Assembly: GCA_964016885.1 (NCBI GenBank)
Contig: OZ024740.1
Coordinates: 50,716,001 to 50,780,000 of the forward strand
DNA: 64,000 bases
Origin: Eledone cirrhosa
Taxonomy: Eukaryota
Direction: 5' to 3'
Of this stretch, positions 30,001 through 45,000 are shown piece after piece; position 1 is the stretch's first letter, and each line of letters starts with the position of its first letter. A program made the translations under genes and the position numbers. Below the pieces are notes generated by a model. That model searched no databases. It was not told the origin of the DNA and saw nothing but the letters and a program-made list of their open reading frames with translations.

Positions 30001-33000
30001 GCACCCAGTCCACACTGTAAAGTGGTCTTGTAGATGTCATTACAAAATGCACCTAGTCCACACTGTAAAGTGGTCTTGTAGATGTCATTACAAAATGCAC
30101 CTAATCCACACTGTAAAGTGGTTTTGTAGGTGTCATTACAAAAAGCACCCAGTCCACACTGTAAAGTGGTCTTGTAGGTGTCATTACAAAAAGCACCTAG
30201 TCCACACTGTAAAGTGATCTTCTAGGTGTCATTACAAAAAGCACCTAGTCCACACTGTAAAGTGATCTTCTAGGTGTCATTACAAAAAGCACCCAGTACA
30301 CACTGTAAAGTGGTCTTGTAGGTGTCATTACAAAAAGCACCTAGTCCACACTGTAAAGTGATCTTCTAGGTGTCATTACAAAAAGCACCCAGTCCACACT
30401 GTAAAGTGGTCTTGTAGGTATCATTACAAAAAGCAACTAGTCCACACTGTAAAGTGATCTTCTAGGTGTCATTACAAAAAGCACCCAGTCCACACTGTAA
30501 AGTGGTCTTGTAGGTGTCATTACAAAAAGCACCTAGTCCACACTGTAAAGTTATCTTCTAGGTGTCATTACAAAAAGCACCCAGTCCACACTGTAAAGTG
30601 GTCTTGTAGGTGTCATTACAAAAAGCACCCAGTCCACACTGTAAAGTGGTCTTGTAGGTGTCATTACAAAAAGCACCTAGTCCACACTGTAAAGTGATCT
30701 TCTAGATGTCATTACAAAAAGCACCTAGTCCACACTGTAAAGTGATCTTGTAGGTGCCATTACAAAAAGCACCCAGTCCACACTGTAAAGTGGTCTTGTA
30801 GGTGTCATTACAAAAAGCACCTGTAAAGTGATCTTCTAGGTGTCATTACAAAAAGCACCTAGTCCACACTGTAAAGTGGTCTTGTAGGTGTCATTACAAA
30901 AAGCACCCAGTCAAAACTGTAAAGTGGTCGTGTAGGTGTCATTACAAAAAGTATCTAGTCCACATTGTAAAGTGATCTTGTAGGTGTCATTACAAAAAGC
31001 ACCTAGTCCAAACTGTAAAGTGGTCTTGTAGATGTCATTACAAAAAGCACCCAGTCCACACTGCAAAGTGGTCTTGTAGGTGTCATTACAAAAAGCACCT
31101 AGTCCACACTGTAAAGTGGTCTTGTAGGTGTCATTACAAAAAGCACCCAGTCAAAACTGTAAAGTGGTCGTGTAGGTGTCATTACAAAAAGCATCTAGTC
31201 CACATTGTAAAGTGATCTTGTAGGTGTCATTACAAAAAGCACCTAGTCAAAACTGTAAAGTGGTCTTGTAGATGTCATTACAAAAAGCACCCAGTCCAAA
31301 CTGTAAAGTGGTCGTGTAGGTGTCATTACAAAAAGCACCTAGTCCACACTGTAAAGTGATCTTGTAGGTGTCATTATAAAAAGCATCTAGTTCACATTGT
31401 AAAGTGATCTTGTAGGTGTCATTACAAAAAGCACCTAGTCCAAACTGTAAAGTGGTCTTGTAGATGTCATTACAAAAAGCACCCAGTCCACACTGTAAAA
31501 TGGTCTTGTAGGTGTCATTACAAAAAGCACACAGTCCACACTCTAAAGTGGTCTTGTAGGTGTCATTACAAAAAGCACCCAGTCCACACCGTAAAGTGGT
31601 CTTGTAGGTGTCATTACAAAAAGCACCCAGTCCAATCTGTAAAGTGGTCTTGTAGGTGTCATTACAAAAAGCACCCAGTCCAAACTGTAAAGTGGTCGTG
31701 TAGGTGTCATTACAAAAAGCACCTAGTCCACACTGTAAAGTGATCTTGTAGGTGTCATTAGATAAACACCTAGTCCACACTGTAAAGTGATCTTGTAGGT
31801 GTCATTACAAAAAGCACCTAGTCCACATTGTAAAGTGACCTTGTAGGTGTCATTACAAAAAGCACCAAGTCCACACTGTTAAGTGGTCTTGTAGGTGTCA
31901 TTACAAAAAGCATCTAGTCCACACTGTAAAGTGGTCTTGTAGATATCATTACAAAAAGCACCCTGTCCACACTGTAAAGTGATCTTGTAGGTGTCATTAT
32001 AAAAAGCACCCAGTCCAAACTGTAAAGTGATCTTGTAGGTGTCATTACAAAAAGCACCCAGTCCACACTGTAAAGTGGTCTTGTAGGTGTCATTACAAAA
32101 AGCACCTAGTCCACACTGTAAAGTGATCTTGTAGGTGTCATTACAAAAAGCACCCAATCCACATTGTAAAGTGGTCTTCTAAGTGTCATTACAAAAAGCA
32201 CCCAGTCCACACTGTAAAGTGGTCTTGTAGGTGTCATTACAAAAAGCACCCAGTCCACACTGTAAAGTGGTCTTGTAGGTGTCATTACAAAAAGCACCTA
32301 GTCCACACTGTAAAGTGGTCTTGTAGATGTCACTACAAAAAGCACCCAGTCCAAACTGTAAAGTGGTCGTTAAGGTGTCATTACAAAAAGCATCTAGTCC
32401 ACATTGTAAAGTGAACTTGTAGGTGTCATTACAAAAAGAACCTAGTCCAAATTGTAAAGTGGTCTTGTAGACGTCATTACAAAAAGCACCCAGTCCACAC
32501 TGTAAAGTGGTCTTGTAGGTGTCATTACAAAAAGCACCCAGTCCACACTCTAAAGTGGTCTTGTAGGTGGCATTACAAAAAGCACCCAGTCCACACTCTA
32601 AAGTGGTCTTGTAGGTGTCATTACAAAAAGCACCTAGTCCTCACTGTAAAGTGATCTTGTAGGTGGCATTACAAAAAGCACCCAGTCCACACTCTAAAGT
32701 GGTCTTGTAGGTGTCATTAAAAAAAGCACCTAGTCCTCACTGTAAAGTGATCTTGTAGGTGTCATTACAAAAAGCACCTTGTCCACATTGTAAACTGATC
32801 CTGTAGGTGTCATTAAAAAAAGCACCCAGTCCACACTGTAAAGTGGTCTTGTAGGTGTCATTACAAAAAGCACCTAGTCCACACTGTAAAGTGGTCTTGT
32901 AGATGTCATTACAAAAAGCGCCCAGTCCACACTGTAAACTGGTCTTGTAGGTATCATTACAAAAAACACCCAGTCCACACTGTAAAGTGGTCTTGTAGGT

Positions 33001-36000
33001 GTCATTACAAAAAGCACCCAGTCCAAACTGTAAAGTGGTCTTGTAGGTGTCATTACAAAAAGCACCTAGTCCACACAGTAAAGTGATCTTGTAGGTGTCA
33101 TTACAAAAAGCACCTAGTCCACACTGTAAAGTGATCTTGTAGGTGTCATTACAAAAAGCACCTAGTCCACATAGTAAAGTGATCTTGTATGTGTCATTAC
33201 AAAAAGCACCTAGTCCACACTGTAAAGTGATCTTGTAGGTGTCATTACAAAAAGCACCTAGTTCACACTATGAAGTGATCTTGTAGGTGTCATTACAAAA
33301 AGCACCTAGTCCACATTGTAAAGTGATCTTGTAGGTGTCATTACAAAAAGCACCTACTCCACACTGTAAAGTGTTCTTGTAGGTGTCATTACAAAAAGCA
33401 CCCAGTCCACACTGTAAAGTGGTCTTGTAGGTGTCATTACAAAAAGCACCCAGTCCACACTGTAAAGTGATCTTGTAGGTGTCATTACAAAAAGCACCCA
33501 GTCCACACTGTAATGTGGTCTTGTAGGTGGCATTACAAAAAGCAGCCAGTCCACACTGTAAAGTGGTCTTGTAGATATCATTACAAAAAGCACCCAGTCC
33601 AAACTGCAAAGTGGTCGTGTAGGTGTCATTACAAAAAGCATCTAGTCCACATTGTAAAGTGGTCGTGTAGGTGTCATTACAAAAAGCACCTAGTCCACAC
33701 TGTAAAGTGGTCTTGTAGGTGTCATTACAAAAAGCACCTAGTTCACATCGTAAGGTGATCTTGTAGGTGTCATGCAAAAAGCACCCAGTCCACACCGTAA
33801 AGTGGTCTTGTAGGTGTCATTACAAAAAGCACCCAATCCACATTGTAAAGTGGTCTTGTAGGTGTCATTAGAAAAAGCACCTAGTCCACATTGTAAAGTG
33901 ATTTTGTAGGTGTCATTACAAAAAGCACTCAGTCCACACTGCAAAGTGGTTTTGTAGATGTAATTACAAAAAGCACCTAGTCCACACTGTAAAGTGGTCT
34001 TGTAGGTGTCATTACAAAAAACACCCAGTCCACACTGTAAAGTGGTCTTGTAGGTGTCATTACAAAAAGCACCTAGTCCACACTGTAAAGTGGTCTTGTA
34101 GATGTCATTACAAAAAGCACCCAGTCAACACTGTAAAGTGATCTTGTAGGTGTCATTACAAAAAGCACCTAGTCCACATTGTAAAGTGGTCTTGTAGGTG
34201 TCATTACAAAAAGCACCTAGTCCACACTGTAAAGTGATCTTGTAGGTGTCATTACAAAAAGCACCTAGTCCACACTGTATAGTGGTCTTGTACGTGTCAT
34301 TACAAAAAGCACCCAGTCCACACTGTAAAGTGCTCTTGTAGGTGTCATTACAGAAACCACCTAGTCCACACTGTAAAGTGATCTTGTAGGTGCCATTATA
34401 AAAAGCACCTAGTCCACACTGTAAAGTGATCTTGTAGGTGTCATTACAAAAAGCACCTAGTCCACATTGTAAAGTGATCTTGTAGGTGTCATTACAAAAA
34501 GCACCTAGTCCACACTGTAAAGTGATCTTGTAGGTGTCATTACAAAAAGCACCCAGTCCACACTGTAAAGTGGTCTTGTAGGTGTCATTACAAAAAGCAC
34601 CCAGTCCAAACTGTAAAGTGGTTTTGTAGGTGTCATTACAAAAAGCACCTAGTCCACACTGTAAAGTGATCTTGTAGGTGTCATTACAAAAAGCACCTAG
34701 TCCACACTGTAAAGTGATCTTGTAGGTGTCATTACAAAAAGCACCTAGTCCACATAGTAAAGTGATCTTGTATGTGTCATTACAAAAAGCACCTAGTCCA
34801 CACTGTAAAGTGATCTTGTAGGTGACATTACAAAAAGCACCTAGTTCACATTGTAAAGTGATCTTGTAGGTGTCATTACAAAAAGCACCTACTCCACACT
34901 GTAAAGTGATCTTGTAGGTGTCATTACAAAAAGCACCCAGTCCACACTGTAAAGTGGTCTTGTAGGTGTCATTACAAAAAGCACCCAGTCCACACTGCAA
35001 AGTGGTCTTGTAGATGTCATTACAAAAAGCACCCAGTCCACACTGCAAAGTGGTCTTGTAGGTGTCATTACAAAAAGCACCCAGTCCACACTGTAAAGTG
35101 GTCTTGTAGGTGTCATTACAAAATGCACCTAGTCCACACTGTAAAGTGGTCTTGTAGATGTCATTACAAAAAGCACCCAGTCCACACTGCAAAGTGGTCT
35201 TGTAGGTGTCATTACAAAAAGCACCCAGTCCACACTGTAAAGTGGTCTTGTAGGTGTCATTACAAAATGCACCTAGTCCACACTGTAAAGTGGTCTTGTA
35301 GATGTCATTACAAAAAGCACCCAGTCCACACTGCAAAGTGATTTTGTAGGTGTCATTACAAAAAGCACCCAGTCCACACTGCAAAGTGGTCTTGTAGGTG
35401 TCATTACAAAAAGCACCCAGTCCACACTGTAAAGTGATCTTGTAGGTGTCATTACAAAAAGCACCAAGTCCACACTGTTAAGTGGTCTTGTAGGTGTCAT
35501 TACAAAAAGCACCCAATCCACATTGTAAAGTGGTCTTGTAGGTGTCATTACAAAAAGCACCCAGTCCACACTGTAAAGTGGTCTTGTAGGTGTCATTACA
35601 AAAAGCACCCAGTCCACACTGTAAAGTGCTCTTGTAGGTGTCATTAGAGAAAGCACCTAGTTCACACTGTAAAGTGATCTTCTAGGTGTCATTACAAAAA
35701 GCACCCAGTCCACACTGTAAAGTGGTCTGGTAGATGTCATTACAAAATGCACCTAGTCCACACTGTAAAGTGGTCTTGTAGATGTCATTACAAAATGCAC
35801 CTAATCCACACTGTAAAGTGGTTTTGTAGGTGTCATTACAAAAAGCACCCAGTCCACACTGTAAAGTGGTCTTGTAGGTGTCATTACAAAAAGCACCTAG
35901 TCCACACTGTAAAGTGATCTTCTAGGTGTCATTACAAAAAGCACCTAGTCCACACTGTAAAGTGATCTTCTAGGTGTCATTACAAAAAGCACCCAGTACA

Positions 36001-39000
36001 CACTGCAAAGTGGTCTTGTAGGTGTCATTACAAAAAGCACCTAGTCCACACTGTAAAGTGATCTTCTAGGTGTCATTACAAAAAGCACCCAGTCCACACT
36101 GTAAAGTGGTCTTGTAGGTATCATTACAAAAAGCACCTAGTCCACACTGTAAAGTGATCTTCTAGGTGTCATTACAAAAAGCACCCAGTCCACACTGTAA
36201 AGTGGTCTGGTAGGTGTCATTACAAAAAGCACCTAGTCCACACTGTAAAGTTATCTTCTAGGTGTCATTACAAAAAGCACCCAGTCCACACTGTAAAGTG
36301 GTCTTGTAGGTGTCATTACAAAAAGCACCCAGTCCACACTGTAAAGTGGTCTTGTAGGTGTCATTACAAAAAGCACCTAGTCCACACTGTAAAGTGATCT
36401 TCTAGGTGTCATTACAAAAAGCACCTAGTCCACACTGTAAAGTGATCTTGTAGGTGTCATTACAAAAAGCACCCAGTCCACACTGTAAAGTGGTCTTGTA
36501 GGTGTCATTACAAAAAGCACCTGTAAAGTGATCTTCTAGGTATCATTACAAAAAGCACCTAGTCCACACTGTAAAGTGGTCTTGTAGGTGTCATTACAAA
36601 AAGCACCCAGTCAAAACTGTAAAGTGGTCATGTAGGTGTCATTACAAAAAGCATCTAGTCCACATTGTAAAGTGATCTTGTAGGTGTCATTACAAAAAGC
36701 ACCTAGTCCAAACTGTAAAGTGGTCTTGTAGATGTCATTACAAAAAGCACCCAGTCCACATTGTAAAGTGGTCTTGTAGGTGTCATTACAAAAAGCACCC
36801 AGTCAAAACTGTAAAGTGGTCGTGTAGGTGTCATTACAAAAAGCATCTAGTCCACATTGTAAAGTGATCTTGTAGGTGTCATTACAAAAAGCACCTAGTC
36901 AAAACTGTAAAGTGGTCTTGTAGATGTCATTACAAAAAGCATCTAGTCCACACTGTAAAGTGATCTTGTAGGTGTCATTACAAAAAGCACCTAGTCCACA
37001 TAGTAAAGTGATCTTGTATGTGTCATTACAAAAAGCACCTAGTCCACACTGTAAAGTGATCTTGTAGGTGTCATTACAAAAAGCACCTAGTTCACACTAT
37101 GAAGTGATCTTGTAGGTGTCATTACAAAAAGCACCTAGTCCACATTGTAAAGTGATCTTGTAGGTGTCATTACAAAAAGCACCTACTCCACACTGTAAAG
37201 TGATCTTGTAGGTGTCATTACAAAAAGCACCCAGTCCACACTGTAAAGTGGTCTTGTAGGTGTCATTACATAAAGCACCCAGTCCACACTGTAAAGTGAT
37301 CTTGTAGGTGTCATTACAAAAAGCACCCAGTCCACACTGTAATGTGGTCTTGTAGGTGGCATTACAAAAAGCAGCCAGTCCACACTGTAAAGTGGTCTTG
37401 TAGATATCATTACAAAAAGCACCCAGTCCAAACTGCAAAGTGGTCTTGTAGGTGTCATTACAAAAAGCATCTAGTCCACATTGTAAAGTGGTCGTGTAGG
37501 TGTCATTACAAAAAGCACCTAGTCCACACTGTAAAGTGATCTTGTAGGTGTCATTACAAAAAGCACCTAGTCCACATCGTAAGGTGATCTTGTAGGTGTC
37601 ATGCAAAAAGCACCCAGTCCACACCGTAAAGTGGTCTTGTAGGTGTCATTACAAAAAGCACCCAATCCACATTGTAAAGTGGTCTTGTAGGTGTCATTAG
37701 AAAAAGCACCTAGTCCACATTGTAAAGTGATTTTGTAGGTGTCATTACAAAAAGCACTCAGTCCACACTGCAAAGTGGTTTTGTAGATGTAATTACAAAA
37801 AGCACCTAGTCCACACTGTAAAGTGGTCTTGTAGGTGTCATTACAAAAAACACCCAGTCCACACTGTAAAGTGGTCTTGTAGGTGTCATTACAAAAAGCA
37901 CCTAGTCCACACTGTAAAGTGGTCTTGTAGATGTTATTACAAAAAGCACCCAGTCAACACTGTAAAGTGATCTTGTAGGTGTCATTACAAAAAGCACCTA
38001 GTCCACATTGTAAAGTGGTCTTGTAGGTGTCATTACAAAAAGCACCTAGTCCACACTGTAAAGTGATCTTGTAGGTGTCATTACAAAAAGCACCTAGTCC
38101 ACACTGTATAGTGGTCTTGTACGTGTCATTACAAAAAGCACCCAGTCCACACTGTAAAGTGCTCTTGTAGGTGTCATTACAGAAACCACCTAGTCCACAC
38201 TGTAAAGTGATCTTGTAGGTGCCATTATAAAAAGCACCTAGTCCACACTGTAAAGTGATCTTGTAGGTGTCATTACAAAAAGCACCTAGTCCACATTGTA
38301 AAGTGATCTTGTAGGTGTCATTACAAAAAGCACCTAGTCCACACTGTAAAGTGATCTTGTAGGTGTCATTACAAAAAGCACAAAGTCCACACTGTAAAGT
38401 GGTCTTGTAGGTGTCATTACAAAAAGCACCTAGTCCAAACTGTAAAGTGATCTTGTAGGTGTTATTACAAAAAGCACCCAATCCACATTGTAAAGTGGTC
38501 TTCTAGGTGTCATTACAAAAAGCACCCAGTCCACACTGTAAAGTGGTCTTGTAGATGTCATTACAAAAAGCACCCAGTCCACACTGTAAAGTGGTCTTGT
38601 AGGTGTCATTACAAAAAGCACCCAGTCCAAACTGTAAAGTGGTCGTTAAGGTGTCATTACAAAAAGCATCTAGTCCACATTCTAAAGTGAACTTGTAGGT
38701 GTCATTACAAAAAGAACCTAGTCCAAACTGTAAAGTGGTCTTGTAGACGTCATTACAAAAAGCACCCAGTCCACACTGTAAAGTGGTCTTGTAGGTGTCA
38801 TTACAAAAAGCACCTAGTCCACACTGTAAAGTGGTCTTGTAGATGTCATTACAAAAAGCACCCAGTCCACACTGTAAAGTGGTCTTGTAGATGTCACTAC
38901 AAAAAGCACCCAGTCCAAACTGTAAAGTGGTCTTGTAGGTGTCATTACAAAAAGTACCCAGTCCACACTGTAAAGTGGTCTTGTAGGTATCATTACAAAA

Positions 39001-42000
39001 ATCACCTAGTCCACACTGTAAAATGATCTTGTAGGTGTCATTACAAAAAGCACACAGTACTCACTGTAAAGTGGTCTTGTAGGTGTAATTACAAAAAGCA
39101 CCCAGTCCACACTGTAAAGTGGTCTTGTAGATGACATTACAAAAAGCACCCAGTCCACACTGTAACGTGGTCTTGTAGGTGTCATTACAAAAAGCACCCA
39201 GTCCACACTGTAAAGTGGTCTTGTAGGTGTCATTACAAAAACCACCCAGTCCACACTGTAAAGTGGTCGTGTAGGTGTCATTACAAAAAGCACAAAGTCC
39301 ACACTGTAAAGTGGTCTTGTAGGTGTCATTACAAAAAGCACCTAGTCCAAACTGTAAAGTGATCTTGTAGGTGTTATTACAAAAAGCACCCAATCCACAT
39401 TGTAAAGTGGTCTTCTAGGTGTCATTACAAAAAGCACCCAGTCCACACTGTAAAGTGGTCTTGGAGATGTCATTACAAAAAGCACCCAGTCCACACTGTA
39501 AAGTGGTCTTGTAGGTGTCATTACAAAAAGCACCCAGTCCAAACTGTAAAGTGGTCGTTAAGGTGTCATTACAAAAAGCATCTAGTCCACATTCTAAAGT
39601 GAACTTGTAGGTGTCATTACAAAAAGAACCTAGTCCAAACTGTAAAGTGGTCTTGTAGACGTCATTACAAAAAGCACCCAGTCCACACTGTAAAGTGGTC
39701 TTGTAGGTGTCATTACAAAAAGCACCTAGTCCACACTGTAAAGTGGTCTTGTAGATGTCATTACAAAAAGCACCCAGTCCACACTGTAAAGTGGTCTTGT
39801 AGATGTCACTACAAAAAGCACCCAGTCCAAACTGTAAAGTGGTCTTGTAGGTGTCATTACAAAAAGTACCCAGTCCACACTGTAAAGTGGTCTTGTAGGT
39901 GTCATTACAAAAATCACCTAGTCCACACTGTAAAATGATCTTGTAGGTGTCATTACAAAAAGCACACAGTACTCACTGTAAAGTGGTCTTGTAGGTGTAA
40001 TTACAAAAAGCACCCAGTCCACACTGTAAAGTGGTCTTGTAGATGACATTACAAAAAGCACCCAGTCCACACTGTAACGTGGTCTTGTAGGTGTCATTAC
40101 AAAAAGCACCCAGTCCACACTGTAAAGTGGTCTTGTAGGTGTCATTACAAAAACCACCCAGTCCACACTGTAAAGTGGTCGTGTAGGTGTCATTACAAAA
40201 AGCACAAATCCACACTGTAAAGTGGTCTTGTAGGTGTCATTACAAAAAGCACCTAGTCCAAACTGTAAAGTGATCTTGTAGGTGTTATTACAAAAAGCAC
40301 CCAATCCACATTGTAAAGTGGTCTTCTAGGTGTCATTACAAAAAGCACCCAGTCCACACTGTAAAGTGGTCTTGTAGATGTCATTACAAAAAGCACCCAG
40401 TCCACACTGTAAAGTGGTCTTGTAGGTGTCATTACAAAAAGCACCCAGTCCAAACTGTAAAGTGGTCGTTAAGGTGTCATTACAAAAAGCATCTAGTCCA
40501 CATTCTAAAGTGAACTTGTAGGTGTCATTACAAAAAGAACCTAGTCCAAACTGTAAAGTGGTCTTGTAGACGTCATTACAAAAAGCACCCAGTCCACACT
40601 GTAAAGTGGTCTTGTAGGTGTCATTACAAAAAGCACCTAGTCCACACTGTAAAGTGGTCTTGTAGATGTCATTACAAAAAGCACCCAGTCCACACTGTAA
40701 AGTGGTCTTGTAGATGTCACTACAAAAAGCACCCAGTCCAAACTGTAAAGTGGTCTTGTAGGTGTCATTACAAAAAGTACCCAGTCCACACTGTAAAGTG
40801 GTCTTGTAGGTGTCATTACAAAAATCACCTAGTCCACACTGTAAAATGATCTTGTAGGTGTCATTACAAAAAGCACACAGTACTCACTGTAAAGTGGTCT
40901 TGTAGGTGTAATTACAAAAAGCACCCAGTCCACACTGTAAAGTGGTCTTGTAGATGACATTACAAAAAGCACCCAGTCCACACTGTAACGTGGTCTTGTA
41001 GGTGTCATTACAAAAAGCACCCAGTCCACACTGTAAAGTGGTCTTGTAGGTGTCATTACAAAAACCACCCAGTCCACACTGTAAAGTGGTCGTGTAGGTG
41101 TCATCACAAAAAGCACCCAGTCCACACTGTAAAGTGGTCTTGTATGTGTCATTACAAAAAGCACCTAGTCCACATTGTAAAGTGATCTTTTAGGTGTCAT
41201 TACAAAAAGCACCCAGTCCACACTGTAAAGTGGTCTTGTAGGTATCATTACAAAAAGCACCTAGTCTACACTGTAAAGTGGTCTTGTAGATGTCATTACA
41301 AAAAGCACCCAGTCGAAACTGTAAAGTGGTCTTGTAGGTGTCATTACAAAAAGCACCTAGTCCACACTGTAAAGTGATCTTGTAGGTGTCATTACAAAAA
41401 GCACCTAGTCCACAATGTAAAGTGATCTTGTAGGTGTCATTACAAAAAGCACCTAGTCCACATTGTAAAGTGATCTTGTAGATGTCATTACAAAAAGCAC
41501 CTAGTCCACACTGTAAAGTGATCTTGTAGGTGTCATTACAAAAAGCACCCAGTCCACACTGTAAAGTGATCTTCTAGGTGTCATTACAAAAAGCACCCAG
41601 TCTACACTGTAAAGTGGTCTTGTAGATGTCATTACAAAAAGCACCCAGTCCAAACTGTAAAGTGGTCTTGTAGGTGTCATTACTAAAAGCACATAGTCCA
41701 CACTGTAAAGTGATTTTGTAGGTGTCATTACAAAAAGCACCTAGTCCACACTGTAAAGTGGTCTTGTAGGTGTCATTACAAAAAGCACCTAGTCCACATT
41801 GTAAAGTGATCTTGTAGATGTCATTACAAAAAGCACCTAGTCCACATTGTAAAGTGGTCTTGTAGATGTCATTACAAAAAGCACCCAGTCCACACTGTAA
41901 AGTGGTCTTGTAGGTGTCATTACTAAAAGCACCTAGTCTACACTGTAAAGTGGTCTTGTAGGTGTCATTACAAAAAGCACGTAGTCCACATTGTAAAGTG

Positions 42001-45000
42001 ATCTTGTAGATGTCATTACAAAAAGCACCTAGTCCACATTGTAAAGTGGTCTTGTAGATGTCATTACAAAAAGCACCCAGTCCAAACTGTAAAGTGGTCT
42101 TGTAGGTGTCATTACTAAAAGCACCTAGTCCACACTGTAAAGTGATCTTGTAGGTGTCATTACAAAAAGCACCCAGTCCACACTGTAAAGTGGTCTTGTA
42201 GGTGTCATTACAAAAAGCACTCAGTCCACACTGTAAAGTGGTCTTGTAGGTGTCATTACAAAAAGCACCTAATCTACACTGTAAAGTGGTCTTGTAGGTG
42301 TCATTACAAAAAGCACCTAGTCCACACTGTAAAGTGATCTTGTAGGTGTCATTACAAAAAGCACCTAATCTACACTGTAAAGTGGTCTTGTAGATGTCAT
42401 TACAAAAAGCACCCAGTCCAAACTGTAAAGTGGTCTTGTAGGTGTCATTACAAAAAGCACTCAGTCCACACTGTAAAGTGGTCTTGTAGGTGTCATTACA
42501 AAAAGCACCTAATCTACACTGTAAAGTGGTCTTGTAGGTGTCATTACAAAAAGCACCTAGTCCACACTGTAAAGTGATCTTGTAGGTGTCATTACAAAAA
42601 GCACCTAATCTACACTGTAAAGTGGTCTTGTAGGTGTCATTACTAAAAGCACCTAGTCCACACTGTAAAGTGATCTTGTAGGTGTCATTACAAAAAGCAC
42701 CTAGTCCACACTGTAAAGTGGTCTTGTAGGTGTCATTACAAAAAGCACCTAGTCCACACTGTAAAATGGTCTTGTAGATGTCATTACAAAAAGCACCCAG
42801 TCCAAACTGTAAAGTGATCTTGTATGTGTCATTACAAAAAGCACCCAGTCCACACTGTAAAGTGGTCTTGTAGACGTCATTACAAAAAGCACCCAGTCCA
42901 CACTGTAAAGTGGTCTTGTAGGTGTCATTACAAAAAGCACCTAGTCCACACTGTAAAGTGGTCTTGTAGATGTCATTACAAAAAGCACCCAGTCCACACT
43001 GTAAAGTGGTCTTGTAGATGTCACTACAAAAAGCACCCAGTCCAAACTGTAAAGTGGTCTTGTAGGTGTCATTACAAAAAGTACCCAGTCCACACTGTAA
43101 AGTGGTCTTGTAGGTGTCATTACAAAAATCACCTAGTCCACACTGTAAAATGATCTTGTAGGTGTCATTACAAAAAGCACACAGTACTCACTGTAAAGTG
43201 GTCTTGTAGGTGTAATTACAAAAAGCACCCAGTCCACACTGTAAAGTGGTCTTGTAGATGACATTACAAAAAGCACCCAGTCCACACTGTAACGTGGTCT
43301 TGTAGGTGTCATTACAAAAAGCACCCAGTCCACACTGTAAAGTGGTCTTGTAGGTGTCATTACAAAAACCACCCAGTCCACACTGTAAAGTGGTCGTGTA
43401 GGTGTCATCACAAAAAGCACCCAGTCCACACTGTAAAGTGGTCTTGTATGTGTCATTACAAAAAGCTCCTAGTCCACATTGTAAAGTGATCTTTTAGGTG
43501 TCATTACAAAAAGCACCCAGTCCACACTGTAAAGTGGTCTTGTAGGTGTCATTACAAAAAGCACCTAGTCTACACTGTAAAGTGGTCTTGTAGATGTCAT
43601 TACAAAAAGCACCCAGTCGAAACTGTAAAGTGGTCTTGTAGGTGTCATTACAAAAAGCACCTAGTCCACACTGTAAAGTGATCTTGTAGGTGTCATTACA
43701 AAAAGCACCTAGTCCACAATGTAAAGTGATCTTGTAGGTGTCATTACAAAAAGCACCTAGTCCACATTGTAAAGTGATCTTGTAGATGTCATTACAAAAA
43801 GCACCTAGTCCACACTGTAAAGTGATCTTGTAGGTGTCATTACAAAAAGCACCCAGTCCACACTGTAAAGTGGTCTTGTAGGTGTCATTACTAAAAGCAC
43901 CTAGTCTACACTGTAAAGTGGTCTTGTAGGTGTCATTACAAAAAGCACGTAGTCCACATTGTAAAGTGATCTTGTAGATGTCATTACAAAAAGCACCTAG
44001 TCCACATTGTAAAGTGGTCTTGTAGATGTCATTACAAAAAGCACCCAGTCCAAACTGTAAAGTGGTCTTGTAGGTGTCATTACTAAAAGCACCTAGTCCA
44101 CACTGTAAAGTGATCTTGTAGGTGTCATTACAAAAAGCACCCAGTCCACACTGTAAAGTGGTCTTGTAGGTGTCATTACAAAAAGCACTCAGTCCACACT
44201 GTAAAGTGGTCTTGTAGGTGTCATTACAAAAAGCACCTAATCTACACTGTAAAGTGGTCTTGTAGGTGTCATTACAAAAAGCACCTAGTCCACACTGTAA
44301 AGTGATCTTGTAGGTGTCATTACAAAAAGCACCTAATCTACACTGTAAAGTGGTCTTGTAGATGTCATTACAAAAAGCACCCAGTCCAAACTGTAAAGTG
44401 GTCTTGTAGGTGTCATTACAAAAAGCACTCAGTCCACACTGTAAAGTGGTCTTGTAGGTGTCATTACAAAAAGCACCTAATCTACACTGTAAAGTGGTCT
44501 TGTAGGTGTCATTACAAAAAGCACCTAGTCCACACTGTAAAGTGATCTTGTAGGTGTCATTACAAAAAGCACCTAATCTACACTGTAAAGTGGTCTTGTA
44601 GGTGTCATTACTAAAAGCACCTAGTCCACACTGTAAAGTGATCTTGTAGGTGTCATTACAAAAAGCACCTAGTCCACACTGTAAAGTGGTCTTGTAGGTG
44701 TCATTACAAAAAGCACCTAGTCCACACTGTAAAATGGTCTTGTAGATGTCATTACAAAAAGCACCCAGTCCAAACTGTAAAGTGATCTTGTATGTGTCAT
44801 TACAAAAAGCACCCAGTCCACACTGTAAAGTGGTCTTGTAGACGTCATTACAAAAAGCACCCAGTCCACACTGTAAAGTGGTCTTGTAGGTGTCATTACA
44901 AAAAGCACCTAGTCCACACTGTAAAGTGGTCTTGTAGATGTCATTACAAAAAGCACCCAGTCCACACTGTAAAGTGGTCTTGTAGATGTCACTACAAAAA

